DNA of 43,499 nucleotides from Candidatus Sericytochromatia bacterium (GTDB lineage Bacteria; Cyanobacteriota; Sericytochromatia; S15B-MN24; JAQBPE01): NCBI GenBank assembly GCA_035285125.1, contig JAYKHR010000001.1, positions 1 to 43,499 of the forward strand, read 5' to 3'. Shown piece by piece: positions 20,756 to 29,919 of this stretch (position 1 is its first letter; each line of letters starts with the position of its first letter). The notes under the pieces were generated by a model. It saw only the letters and a program-made list of their open reading frames with translations, ran no database searches and was not told where the DNA came from. The position numbers and the translations under genes were made by a program.

Positions 20756-21184
20756 TCACATGGGCCGTCGGGTGCCTGGTGAACGCAGGGCCACGGGCGA
20801 GGGCAGCAGCTCGGTCGGCAGCTCGGGCGGGGGGGCGAGGGCGTGGAGGTGCACAAGCCCGCGGGCAGGCTCGACAGTCCCTGTCGCCTCGTAGACCCAG
20901 GGCACGGTCGAGGCTGGCACGTAGGCGTAGCAGCGGCAGCGGAAGCGCCAGGTGCCGGCCTCGCGCCCCGGGTTCAGGGCGATTGCCCCGGCTGCCGGCA
21001 GCCGCACCCGCAGCCGGGGACCGTCCTGCTCGAGGGCCCCGCGCAGCAGCGCCAGCGCCGCCGCCGGCCCGCCCGCCTCGGCGGTGGGCGTCGCAGGGCC
21101 AGGCATCATGGGGGTGGGGCGGCGCGCGCAGGCGACGCCGGCCAGCAGGGTGACGAGCACGAGGGTGGGACGCGAGCAGCGCAC
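20756..21184 (-). CDS. Hypothetical secreted/lipoprotein (142 aa)
   Basis: GGAGG 5 nt before GTG 21184; hydrophobic stretch ending LAGVAC; no recognisable domain. Confidence 0.55.
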   Translation of the reverse strand: MRCSRPTLVLVTLLAGVACARRPTPMMPGPATPTAEAGGPAAALALLRGALEQDGPRLRVRLPAAGAIALNPGREAGTWRFRCRCYAYVPASTVPWVYEATGTVEPARGLVHLHALAPPPELPTELLPSPVALRSPGTRRPM

Positions 21185-21296
21185 GGAGGCCTCCAGGGTC
21201 AATGAGGGGGACGCCATGGCTATCGGGGCCAGCCCCGGCCCCGCTGACGTCGAACCCACCCTGTCAAGGTCCTGTTCATGCACCTTTCTGGCCACG

Positions 21297-21311
21297 TGCT
21301 ACCATGGGCAC
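21297..21311 (+). promoter_or_regulatory. Extended -10 promoter, probably leaderless xth transcript
   Basis: TG-c-TACCAT, then 6 nt, then ATG 21312. Confidence 0.6.
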
Positions 21312-22085
21312 ATGAAACTTGCCACCTGGAACGTCAACGGCCTGCGGGCCTGCGAGCGCAACGGCTTCCAAGCCTGGCTGGCCGCCGAGGCGCCGGACGT
21401 GGTCTGCCTGCAGGAGGTCCGCGCCGAGCGCGAGCAGCTGTCGCCGGCCTGCGCGGATCCTGCCGGCTACCATGCGACCTTCAACGCCTGCCGGGTGAAG
21501 AAAGGCTACAGCGGCGTCGCCACCTGGGCCCGGGAGGCGCCTGCCGCCGTCCGCACCGAGCTTGGTGTGCCGGCCTTCGACGACGAGGGGCGCCTGATGG
21601 TCACCGCCCACGAGGGCTTCACGCTCTACAACGCCTACTACCCCAACGGCGGCCGGGACCTGGCCCGCGTGCCCTTCAAGCTGGCGTTCTACGAGGCCCT
21701 GATGGCCGAGGTGGGGGGGCGGCTCGCGGCGGGCGAGCACGTCGTGCTGTGTGGCGATTTCAACACCGCCCACACCGAGTTCGACCTCGCCAACCCGCGC
21801 GCCAACGTGGGCACCACGGGCTTTCTGCCCGAGGAGCGCGAGGTGCTCGGGCGCCTGCTCGCCATGGGCTTCGTGGACGTGTTCCGGGCGCGCCATCCTG
21901 GCGAGAAGGGCCACTACACCTGGTGGAGCAACCGCCCCGGCGTGCGCGAGAAGAACATCGGGTGGCGCATCGACTACTTCCTCGTCAGCGCCGGGCTGGC
22001 GCCGTGCGTGCGCGACGTGCGCCACCAGCCCGAGGTGCTCGGCTCCGACCACTGCCCCGTCGTGCTAGAGCTCGCGCTCCCGTGA
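21312..22085 (+). CDS. xth: Exodeoxyribonuclease III (AP endonuclease)
   Basis: TWNVNGLR, CLQE, GYSGVA, EGR, YYPNG, GDFNTAH, YTWWS, GWRIDY, GSDHCP. Confidence 0.96.
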   Translation: MKLATWNVNGLRACERNGFQAWLAAEAPDVVCLQEVRAEREQLSPACADPAGYHATFNACRVKKGYSGVATWAREAPAAVRTELGVPAFDDEGRLMVTAHEGFTLYNAYYPNGGRDLARVPFKLAFYEALMAEVGGRLAAGEHVVLCGDFNTAHTEFDLANPRANVGTTGFLPEEREVLGRLLAMGFVDVFRARHPGEKGHYTWWSNRPGVREKNIGWRIDYFLVSAGLAPCVRDVRHQPEVLGSDHCPVVLELALP

Positions 22086-22753
22086 GCGGCGCGGGCGAGC
22101 AGGCAAGCCTGGCGCCACCCCCGGGGTACGAGGCCGCCAAGCGGGCGCTGGACCTGGCCGTGGCGGGTGCCGCTCTGCTGCTGCTGTGGCCCGTGATGCT
22201 CGCCGTCGCGCTCGGCGTGGCGGCCCGCCTCGGTCGCCCCGTGGTCTTCCGGCAGGTCCGCCCGGGGCTGCGGGGCCGGCCCTTCGAGGTGCTCAAGTTC
22301 CGCTCAATGAGCGATGCCCGGGGCCCCGACGGCGCCCTGCTTCCCGACGCCGAGCGGCTTGGCGGCTTCGGGGCCTTCCTGCGCCGCACCAGCCTCGACG
22401 AGCTGCCGCAGCTCTTCAACGTGCTGCGCGGCGACCTCAGCCTGGTCGGCCCGCGCCCCTTGCTGGTGGACTACCTCCCGCTCTACACGCCGGAGCAGGC
22501 CCGCCGCCACGAGGTGAAGCCGGGCATCACGGGCTGGGCGCAGGTCAACGGGCGCAACGCCATCACCTGGGAGCGTCGCTTCGAGCTCGACCTCTGGTAC
22601 GTCACCCACAGGTCCTGGTGGCTCGACCTTCGCATCCTGGCGCTCACGGCCTGGAAGGTCCTCCGCCGGGAGGGCGTCAGCGCCGCCGGGGAGGTCACGA
22701 TGCCGCGGTTCACGGGCAGCCCGGGGCAGGCCGGCGAGGCTCAGAGGCCGTAG
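22082..22753 (+). CDS. Small monotopic phosphoglycosyl transferase (PglC/EpsL-like sugar transferase)
   Basis: KRALDL, FRQVRPG, KFRSM, LLPDAERL, SLDELPQL, SLVGPRPLL, KPGITGWAQVNGRNA; GTGA overlap with xth stop. Confidence 0.92.
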   Translation: MSGAGEQASLAPPPGYEAAKRALDLAVAGAALLLLWPVMLAVALGVAARLGRPVVFRQVRPGLRGRPFEVLKFRSMSDARGPDGALLPDAERLGGFGAFLRRTSLDELPQLFNVLRGDLSLVGPRPLLVDYLPLYTPEQARRHEVKPGITGWAQVNGRNAITWERRFELDLWYVTHRSWWLDLRILALTAWKVLRREGVSAAGEVTMPRFTGSPGQAGEAQRP

Positions 22754-22791
22754 GCGTCCCGGCCGTGGCTGGCGAGCCGCTGGGCTCCAGC

Positions 22792-22823
22792 AAAACGCCC
22801 GCCTCCGGGCTGGAGGCGGGCGT
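22792..22823 (-). terminator. Rho-independent terminator of sodA (possibly bidirectional)
   Basis: 12-bp stem acgcccgcctcc/ggaggcgggcgt followed by TTTT on the minus strand. Confidence 0.75.
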
Positions 22824-22849
22824 CGGGCGCGGGGCTTGGGGCCGGCGCG

Positions 22850-23491
<642 letters not shown>

Positions 23492-23531
23492 CGGAAAATC
23501 CTCCTTCATGGGGTCCCTGGTGGGCGGTCTC

Positions 23532-23560
23532 ACCTTAAGGCCGGGACCCCCGGTTGTCAA
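23532..23560 (-). promoter_or_regulatory. Sigma70-like promoter of sodA
   Basis: Minus strand TTGACA-N17-TAAGGT. Confidence 0.65.
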
Positions 23561-23655
23561 ACGCGGCGGGACGCGCAAGGGGCGGGCGGGTATAAGACTC
23601 GGGTCTCGCGGCGATGGGGCCGCGACGGTGTTCTGTCCCGAGGGTGCCCGTCCGC

Positions 23656-24999
23656 ATGTCCGCTCCCTTTTCGATGATCGAGATGATCAAGGCCAAGCGC
23701 GCCGGGGAGGCGCACCCGCCGGAGGTCCTGGCGGCCTTCGTGCAGGGGCTCGTCGCGGGCGAGTTGCCGGACTACCAGGTCGCGGCCTGGCTGATGGCGA
23801 CGGTCTGGCGGGGCATGACCCTCGACGAGACGACGACGCTCACCCGTCTCGTGGCCGAGTCCGGCGAGGTGCTCGACCTCTCGGGCATCCCGGGGCCCTG
23901 CGTCGACAAGCACTCGACGGGGGGCGTCGGCGACAAGGTCACGCTGGTGTTCGCGCCCCTGCTGGCGGCCGCGGGCGCGACCGTCGCCAAGCTGTCGGGG
24001 CGGGGGCTCGGCCACACGGGCGGCACCATCGACAAGCTGGAGGCCATCCCGGGCCTGCGCACCGGGCTCGACGACGCGGAGTTCCTCGCCCAGCTGCGCT
24101 CCGTGCGGGCGGCCGTCGCGGCGCAGACCCGCGACCTCGCGCCCGCTGACGGCATCCTGTACGCCCTGCGGGACGTCACGGGCACGGTGGAGAGCGTTCC
24201 GCTCATCGCCGTCTCCGTGCTCTCGAAGAAGATCGCGGCGGGGGCGGACGTCATCTTGCTGGACGTCAAGGCGGGGGCCGGGGCGTTCATGCCGTCCGTC
24301 GAGGCCGCCGAGGAGCTCTCGCGCACCATGCTCGAGGTGGGCCGGCGGCTCGGCAAGCGGGTCATCTGCGTGGTGACGGGGATGGACCAGCCGCTCGGGC
24401 ATGCCATCGGCCACGCCAACGAGGTTCTCGAGGCGATCGCGACGCTGCGGGGGGAGGGCCCCGCCGACCTGACGCAGCTGTGCCTGCAGATGGGGGGCCT
24501 GTTGCTGCAGGCGGGGGGCCTCACGGCCAGCGCCGAGGCGGGCGAGGCCCGGCTGCGCGAGGCCATTGCCGACGGCAGCGCCCTTGCCAAGCTGCGCGAG
24601 CTGATCGTCGCGCAGGGGGGGGACCCTGCCGTGATCGACGACCCCACCCGCCTGCCGCAGCCTCGCCTGCGGCTGCCCGTGCTCGCGGACCAGGCGGGCT
24701 ACGTGCAGCGGCTCGACGCCCTGGGCATCGGGCTGGCCGGCAAGGCGCTCGGCGGGGGGCGCCAGCGCAAGGGGGAGCCCGTCGACCTCGCCGTGGGCGT
24801 CAACCTGCAAAAAAAGGAGGGGGATCGCGTGGAGGTCGGGGAGGTGCTCGCGGAGCTCCTTGCCAACGACGAGGGCCAGGCCGCCGAGGCTGAGGCTCGC
24901 GTGCGGGCCGCCTACGCCGTGGGGCCTGCGCCCCCCGTGCCTGTGCCGCTGATCCGGGCGGTGCTCGGGCCCGAGCCCGTCGTGGCGACCGTCACTTGA
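23656..24999 (+). CDS. pdp: Pyrimidine-nucleoside (thymidine) phosphorylase
   Basis: [71 protein letters not shown]. Confidence 0.95.
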   Translation: MSAPFSMIEMIKAKRAGEAHPPEVLAAFVQGLVAGELPDYQVAAWLMATVWRGMTLDETTTLTRLVAESGEVLDLSGIPGPCVDKHSTGGVGDKVTLVFAPLLAAAGATVAKLSGRGLGHTGGTIDKLEAIPGLRTGLDDAEFLAQLRSVRAAVAAQTRDLAPADGILYALRDVTGTVESVPLIAVSVLSKKIAAGADVILLDVKAGAGAFMPSVEAAEELSRTMLEVGRRLGKRVICVVTGMDQPLGHAIGHANEVLEAIATLRGEGPADLTQLCLQMGGLLLQAGGLTASAEAGEARLREAIADGSALAKLRELIVAQGGDPAVIDDPTRLPQPRLRLPVLADQAGYVQRLDALGIGLAGKALGGGRQRKGEPVDLAVGVNLQKKEGDRVEVGEVLAELLANDEGQAAEAEARVRAAYAVGPAPPVPVPLIRAVLGPEPVVATVT

Positions 25000-25024
25000 A
25001 AGCTCAGGGTGGGCAGCCGATGAT
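24996..25024 (+). promoter_or_regulatory. Possible sigma70 promoter of the PilB-like gene
   Basis: TTGAAA-N17-GATGAT. Confidence 0.45.
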
Positions 25025-25063
25025 GCAAGACAAGGGCCCCCACGCGGGGGCCGCAGGACGAGG

Positions 25064-26842
25064 GTGAACCCGGTGGCCGTAGGCACCAAGCGAATCCGGC
25101 TCGGCGAGCTGTTGATCAAGGCGGGCGTTCTCACCGAGGAGCAGCTCTCGGCCGCGCTCATGCGCCAGAAGGAGACGGCCAAGCAGATCGGCGAGACGCT
25201 GATCGAGATGGGCTTCGTCACCGAGGAGAAGATCAAATACGCCCTCGAGGTCCAGTTCGGCGTCAAGCACATCAACCTCAAGACCGCTCGCATCCCGGCC
25301 GAGGTGCTCAAGCTGCTGCCGGAGCAGCTCCTGAAGCAGTACATGATGATCCCCGTCGCCGTGAACCAGCTCACGGTGGCCCTCGTCGACCCCAACAACA
25401 TCCTCGCCATCGACGAGATCCGCAAGCGCCTCAAGGGCGTCAACGTGGTGCCGGCTGTCTGCACCGAGGGCGACTTCTGGGAGACGCTCAAGACCATCCC
25501 CAAGGACGCCCCGGCAGGCGCGGTCCAGGGCGCGGCCGCCGACGGCAAGGGCGCCCTGGCGAACATGACGGAGCTCGCCGCCGTCAGCGACGCCCGGGTG
25601 AAGGAGCTCATCGACGCGGCCACCAAGGGGACCGGGGAGGCGCAGGTTGTCTCGCTCGTCAACGCGCTGCTCGGCTCGGCCGTGAAGCGCGGCGCCAACG
25701 CGCTCCTGATGGAGCCGATGGAGTCCGAGCTGCAGGTCCGCTACCGCGTCGACGGGGCCTTCTTGCGGGAGGCCCCCATCCCGGCGAAGGTCGGCCAGGC
25801 CCTGATCCAGCGCATCAAGGTCATGGCCGGCCTGACCGTCACCTCGGGCCATACGCCCCAGCAGGGCACCTTCGGCTTCGCCTTCGAGAGCAGGCCCGTC
25901 AAGATGGTCTTCCACACGCTGCCCGCCAAGCATGGCCAGCTGCTCTCGATTCGGGTCTTCGACTCCGCCATGCTCGGCCAGCAGAGCATCGACACCCTGG
26001 TGCTCCACCCGCGCGTCGCCACGGCCCTGCGCCAGCTGGTCTCGCGGCCTTCCGGGCTGGTGGCCTTCGCGGGGCCGCTGGCCGCGGGCAAGACCACCCT
26101 GGTGTACGCGTGCCTGCGCGAGCTGCAGGCGCTCGGGGGCTCGATGATCACCGTCGAGGAGCCGGTGGCCGCTGACCTCGAGGGCGTGACCCAGGTGTCC
26201 GTGCTCAGCGAGCCGGGCCCCAACGACCTCGGCGTGCTGGCGGGCATCAACGCGGCCCTGGCGCAGGCGCCTCGCACCCTGCTGGTGTCGCAGGCCGCGG
26301 AGCCAAAGGTCGGGCAGCGGCTGGTGCGTGGCGCGCTTGCGGGCACCACGATCCTGGCGGGCGTCCACACGACGCAGGCGCTGACGGTCGAGGCGATCGA
26401 GGGCTGGGGGCTGCCGCCGCGCCAGGTAGCCAACGCGCTCGCGGGCACGGTGACCATGCGCCTCATCCGGCGGCTGTGCCCCTCCTGCAAGGAGGCCTAC
26501 ATGCCCGACGACCGGACCAAGGCCTTCTTCGCGCGCATCAACGGCACGGGCGAGCTGTGCCGGCCGCGCGGGTGCGAGCAGTGCTTCAAGTCTGGCTACC
26601 GCGGGATGGTGGGCGTCTACGAGGTCGTGCCCTTCACGCCAGCCATCCGCGAGCACGTCGCCCGGCAGTCGCCGCGCGGGGCCATCGACGCGCTGCAGCG
26701 CCAGGCGGGCCTGCCCACGCTGGAGGACTACGCCATGTGGCTGGTGGCGCAGGGCCACACCACCTGGGACGAGGTCAAGCGCTCCGACATCCCCGACCTG
26801 GCCCACGCCGGGCAGCAGCAGGGCGCAGCGGGCGAGGGTTGA
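25064..26842 (+). CDS. GspE/PulE/PilB-family protein with MshEN domain and degenerate ATPase motifs
   Basis: RLGELLIKAGVLTEEQLSAALMRQ; VRYRVDG; RIKVMAGL; PQQG; GPLAAGKTT; RLIRRLCPSC...GCEQC..GYRG..GVYEV. Confidence 0.9.
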   Translation: MNPVAVGTKRIRLGELLIKAGVLTEEQLSAALMRQKETAKQIGETLIEMGFVTEEKIKYALEVQFGVKHINLKTARIPAEVLKLLPEQLLKQYMMIPVAVNQLTVALVDPNNILAIDEIRKRLKGVNVVPAVCTEGDFWETLKTIPKDAPAGAVQGAAADGKGALANMTELAAVSDARVKELIDAATKGTGEAQVVSLVNALLGSAVKRGANALLMEPMESELQVRYRVDGAFLREAPIPAKVGQALIQRIKVMAGLTVTSGHTPQQGTFGFAFESRPVKMVFHTLPAKHGQLLSIRVFDSAMLGQQSIDTLVLHPRVATALRQLVSRPSGLVAFAGPLAAGKTTLVYACLRELQALGGSMITVEEPVAADLEGVTQVSVLSEPGPNDLGVLAGINAALAQAPRTLLVSQAAEPKVGQRLVRGALAGTTILAGVHTTQALTVEAIEGWGLPPRQVANALAGTVTMRLIRRLCPSCKEAYMPDDRTKAFFARINGTGELCRPRGCEQCFKSGYRGMVGVYEVVPFTPAIREHVARQSPRGAIDALQRQAGLPTLEDYAMWLVAQGHTTWDEVKRSDIPDLAHAGQQQGAAGEG

Positions 26843-26852
26843 GGCAGGGTTT

Positions 26853-26881
26853 GGCGGGGAGCGTCCCGGACGCCCCCCGCC
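26853..26881. terminator. Hairpin between convergent genes
   Basis: ggcggggagcgtc-ccg-gacgccccccgcc, one mismatch; no U-tract. Confidence 0.4.
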
Positions 26882-26914
26882 GTGCTCTGGGTCGTGTGAC
26901 GGGCGCGCCCGGCC

Positions 26915-27556
26915 TCAGCGGTAGGTGGGCGTCGGCTGGTAGGGGTCCGACGGGTAGGACGGGTAGTCCGGGTACGTCGGCTGCGCGGGCTTGCGCCGCT
27001 TCTTGCGCTTGGTCTTCTTCTTGCCCGCGAGGCGGTCGCCGAGCCACTTGAGGCCGTCTCCGACCCAGCGGAAGGGGGAGGTGAGCCAGTACACCAGGCC
27101 CTTGCGCCGCTTCTTGCGGGCCATCGCGTCGGCGTAGGCCTTCTGCTGCTCGGCCGTGGTGCCGGGGCCGGCCGCGATGACGGGCTCATCGAGGGCCTCG
27201 TCGTAGGTGTCGAGGCCGTCGAGGGCGTCGATCAGCTGGGCCTCGAGGGCCCCGCGCTGCGCCTCGGGCACCTGGGCCAGGCCGGTGTACTCGGCCTGGA
27301 GGAGGGCGACGGCCTTGTCGTCGTCCGTGTCCGCCAGCTTGGCGAGCAGCTCTGCCCGCTTCGCCATCGCGGCCTCGTCGTGGCCCTGGATGGCCTTGTA
27401 GCTGCCGATCAGGCGGGTGACCTCGGCGGCCTCGGCCGCCGCAGCGCGGGAGACCCGGCTCGCCACGGCCGTCGCGCGGGCGGGGGCGAGGCCCTGGGCG
27501 CCGCAGCCCGAGAGCAGGGCGACGAGCAGCAACGAGGCGGTGAGGCGCTGGCGCAC
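26915..27556 (-). CDS. Hypothetical lipoprotein with polybasic/amphipathic and Tyr-Pro-rich C-terminus (213 aa)
   Basis: GGAGGA Shine-Dalgarno, GTG start, lipobox LSGC, helical core. Confidence 0.8.
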   Translation of the reverse strand: MRQRLTASLLLVALLSGCGAQGLAPARATAVASRVSRAAAAEAAEVTRLIGSYKAIQGHDEAAMAKRAELLAKLADTDDDKAVALLQAEYTGLAQVPEAQRGALEAQLIDALDGLDTYDEALDEPVIAAGPGTTAEQQKAYADAMARKKRRKGLVYWLTSPFRWVGDGLKWLGDRLAGKKKTKRKKRRKPAQPTYPDYPSYPSDPYQPTPTYR

Positions 27557-27668
27557 GGGGAAGTCCTCCTGGAGGGCGGGGCCTGGTGGGATATCGGGCG
27601 CTGGAGGCTGGTTTCGATAAAGGCCGGGGAAAATTTGGGTTAAGCCTTGCTGACGGTTGTCGCCCCCG

Positions 27669-27697
27669 TTGCGCGGCGGCGGTCGCCCGGTCATAAT
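27669..27697 (+). promoter_or_regulatory. Sigma70-like promoter
   Basis: TTGCGC-N17-CATAAT upstream of the 27765 gene. Confidence 0.5.
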
Positions 27698-27764
27698 GCC
27701 CAAGCGCCTCCGGGGGCTCTGGCGGGCGCGTCCGTTGCAGCGGCACCGCCGCAGGAGGATCCTG

Positions 27765-28112
27765 ATGTCCAACGCCACCAACCCCAGCCTCGAGGAGTTC
27801 CGTCGGAGCCTCGAAGCGCTGGTGCAGCAGGCCCAGCAGACCGCCCAGCTCGGCTTCGCCGTCGCCAAGGAGCAGGTCGAGACCTTGGTCCGCACCCCGC
27901 CCGAGCTGCCCACCTCGATCGACGACGTGCAGCGCAACTTCCAGGCCCTCGCGCGGGACATCGAGGCCCGGGCGCAGGAGCTGCTCGCGCTCGCGGCCAC
28001 CTACGCGCCCGGGCAGAACCCCTTCGTGCCGACGTCGCGGCCTGCCGCGCCGGTGACGGAGGTGAAGATCGAGCGGGAGGCGGGCACCGAGGGCGAGGGC
28101 GCTCGCGGCTGA
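27765..28112 (+). CDS. Small amphipathic helical/coiled-coil protein (115 aa), function unknown
   Basis: AGGAGG Shine-Dalgarno, own promoter and strong terminator; Ala/Gln/Glu-rich helices. Confidence 0.8.
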   Translation: MSNATNPSLEEFRRSLEALVQQAQQTAQLGFAVAKEQVETLVRTPPELPTSIDDVQRNFQALARDIEARAQELLALAATYAPGQNPFVPTSRPAAPVTEVKIEREAGTEGEGARG

Positions 28113-28123
28113 GGCACCGTCCG

Positions 28124-28155
28124 GTGCGGGGGCTGAGGCCCCCGCGCTTTTTTTT
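28124..28155 (+). terminator. Rho-independent terminator
   Basis: gtgcgggggc-tgag-gcccccgcgc followed by 8 T. Confidence 0.9.
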
Positions 28156-28164
28156 GGGGTAGGC

Positions 28165-29919
28165 ATGGCCGGCGTCCACGCGCGCATCGGGAAGCTCTGG
28201 GAGCTGCTGCCCCCGCCCCAGCGGCGCGGGGCCTTCGTGCTGTTCACGCTCATGGCGGTCGGCATGGGCCTCGAGATGCTCGGTCTGGGCCTCGTGATCC
28301 CCGCCCTCACGGTGCTCTCCCAGCCCGACGCGCTGGCGCGCCACCCGGCCGCGGTGGCCTGGCTGCCGGGCTCGCTGCGCGGGGGCGGGCCGGCCCTCAT
28401 CCTGGCCGTGATGGGGGCGCTGCTCGGCCTCTTCGCGCTGAAGAACGTCTTCCTGTCTTACATGTACCTGAGGCAGGCCCGCTTCGTGTACCTGTTCGTT
28501 CGGGACCTCTCGGTGCGGCTGTTCGCGCTGTACATGGGCCAGCCCTACGCCTACCACCTGCAGCGCAACAGCGCCGGGATGCTGTACGTGGTGCGGCAGG
28601 ACCTCGCCCTGGTCTCCGTGGCGATGCTGGCGGCCCTGAACCTCGGCGTCGAGGCGCTCGTGCTCGGGGGCATCGGGCTCGTGCTGCTCGCCTTCGAGCC
28701 CATGGGCGCCCTGGCCGTGTTCGCCGTCGTCGGCCTCTCGGGCTGGGGGTTCCTGGCCGCGACGCGCCAGCGGCTGGCCTTCTGGGGCGCCCACCGTCAG
28801 GTCCACGACGAGCTCGTGGGGCGCCTGCTGCTCGAGGGCTTCGGCGCCATCAAGGAGCTGCGGGTGCTCGGCCGCGAGGGCCACGGCGTCATGCGGCTCC
28901 ACCACCACGCGAGCGCCAGCGCGCAGGCCAACATCCGCATCTACTTCTACCCGCAGCTGCCGCGGCTCGGGCTCGAGCTGATGGCCGTGAGTGCCCTCGT
29001 GGGGCTGGTGGGCCTGCTCCTGTGGCAGGGGCGGCCCTTCGACGCCATCCTGCCCACCGTCGGCCTGTTCGCAGCGGGGGCCTTCCGCGTGATGCCCTCC
29101 GTCAACCGCATGCTCACGGCGGCGCAGGGGCTGCAGGGCAGCGTGGCCGCCATCGACAAGGTGCATGCCGAGGTCGTGGGGCTGCAGCCGACGACGCTCG
29201 GGGCAGCCCCTGGCGACATGGCGCCGCTGGCGGGGGCCGTCACCGTCGAGGGCGTGGGCTTCCGCTACCCGGACGCTGCCCGCGACACGCTCGTCGAGGT
29301 CTCGCTGGCCATCCCCTGCGGCGCCTCCGTGGGCTTCATCGGCGCGAGTGGGGCGGGCAAGAGCACCCTGGTCGACCTCCTGCTCGGGCTGCTCACGCCC
29401 GATGCTGGCGCCATCCGCGTCGACGGCCGGGACATCCGCGAGGACCTGCGCGGCTGGCAGGCGCAGCTCGGCTACGTGCCGCAGGCCATCTTCCTGACGG
29501 ACGACACGCTGCGGGCCAACGTCGCCCTTGGCCTGCCGCCGGGCCAGATCGACGACGCGGCGGTCTGGCGCGCGCTGCGGGCGGCCCAGCTGGAGGCCTT
29601 CGTGCACGAGCTGCCCGCGGGCCTCGACACGCTGGTGGGTGAGCGCGGCGTGAGGCTGTCAGGCGGCCAGCGGCAGCGCATCGGCATCGCGCGGGCGCTC
29701 TACCACGACCCGCCCGTGCTCGTGCTCGACGAGGCGACGAGCGCCCTCGACACCGCCACGGAGGCGGGCGTCATGGAGGCCGTGCGGGCCCTGCAGGGCA
29801 CCAAGACCGTGCTCATCATCGCCCACCGGCTCTCCACCGTGGCCCACTGCGACGTGGTCCACCGCCTGGAGCAGGGCCGCGTGGTCGCGAGCGGCCGGCT
29901 CGATCAGGTGGGCTCCTGA
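28165..29919 (+). CDS. ABC exporter, fused TMD+NBD (PglK/Wzk-like lipid-linked oligosaccharide flippase)
   Basis: YHLQRNSA, IKELRV, FRVMPSVNR; Walker A GASGAGKST, YVPQ, LSGGQRQRIGIARALY, LVLDEATSALD, IAHRLST. Confidence 0.9.
   Translation: MAGVHARIGKLWELLPPPQRRGAFVLFTLMAVGMGLEMLGLGLVIPALTVLSQPDALARHPAAVAWLPGSLRGGGPALILAVMGALLGLFALKNVFLSYMYLRQARFVYLFVRDLSVRLFALYMGQPYAYHLQRNSAGMLYVVRQDLALVSVAMLAALNLGVEALVLGGIGLVLLAFEPMGALAVFAVVGLSGWGFLAATRQRLAFWGAHRQVHDELVGRLLLEGFGAIKELRVLGREGHGVMRLHHHASASAQANIRIYFYPQLPRLGLELMAVSALVGLVGLLLWQGRPFDAILPTVGLFAAGAFRVMPSVNRMLTAAQGLQGSVAAIDKVHAEVVGLQPTTLGAAPGDMAPLAGAVTVEGVGFRYPDAARDTLVEVSLAIPCGASVGFIGASGAGKSTLVDLLLGLLTPDAGAIRVDGRDIREDLRGWQAQLGYVPQAIFLTDDTLRANVALGLPPGQIDDAAVWRALRAAQLEAFVHELPAGLDTLVGERGVRLSGGQRQRIGIARALYHDPPVLVLDEATSALDTATEAGVMEAVRALQGTKTVLIIAHRLSTVAHCDVVHRLEQGRVVASGRLDQVGS

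Noticed and set aside
21278..22081. Apparent long N-terminal extension of the sugar transferase (491 aa)
   Set aside because: Alternative frame of xth; GTGA-coupled start at 22082 gives a normal-sized protein.
24808..24815. Run of A in pdp as a possible slippage/phase-variation site
   Set aside because: Encodes in-frame Gln-Lys-Lys; the frame is intact and nothing else supports slippage.
23557..26806. 713-aa and 600-aa minus-strand ORFs
   Set aside because: Antisense to pdp and the PilB-like gene; artefact of GC-biased codon usage.
29904..29919. Convergent 3' overlap of the ABC flippase and PglF-like genes
   Set aside because: Short tail-to-tail overlaps are common; no evidence of a special function.
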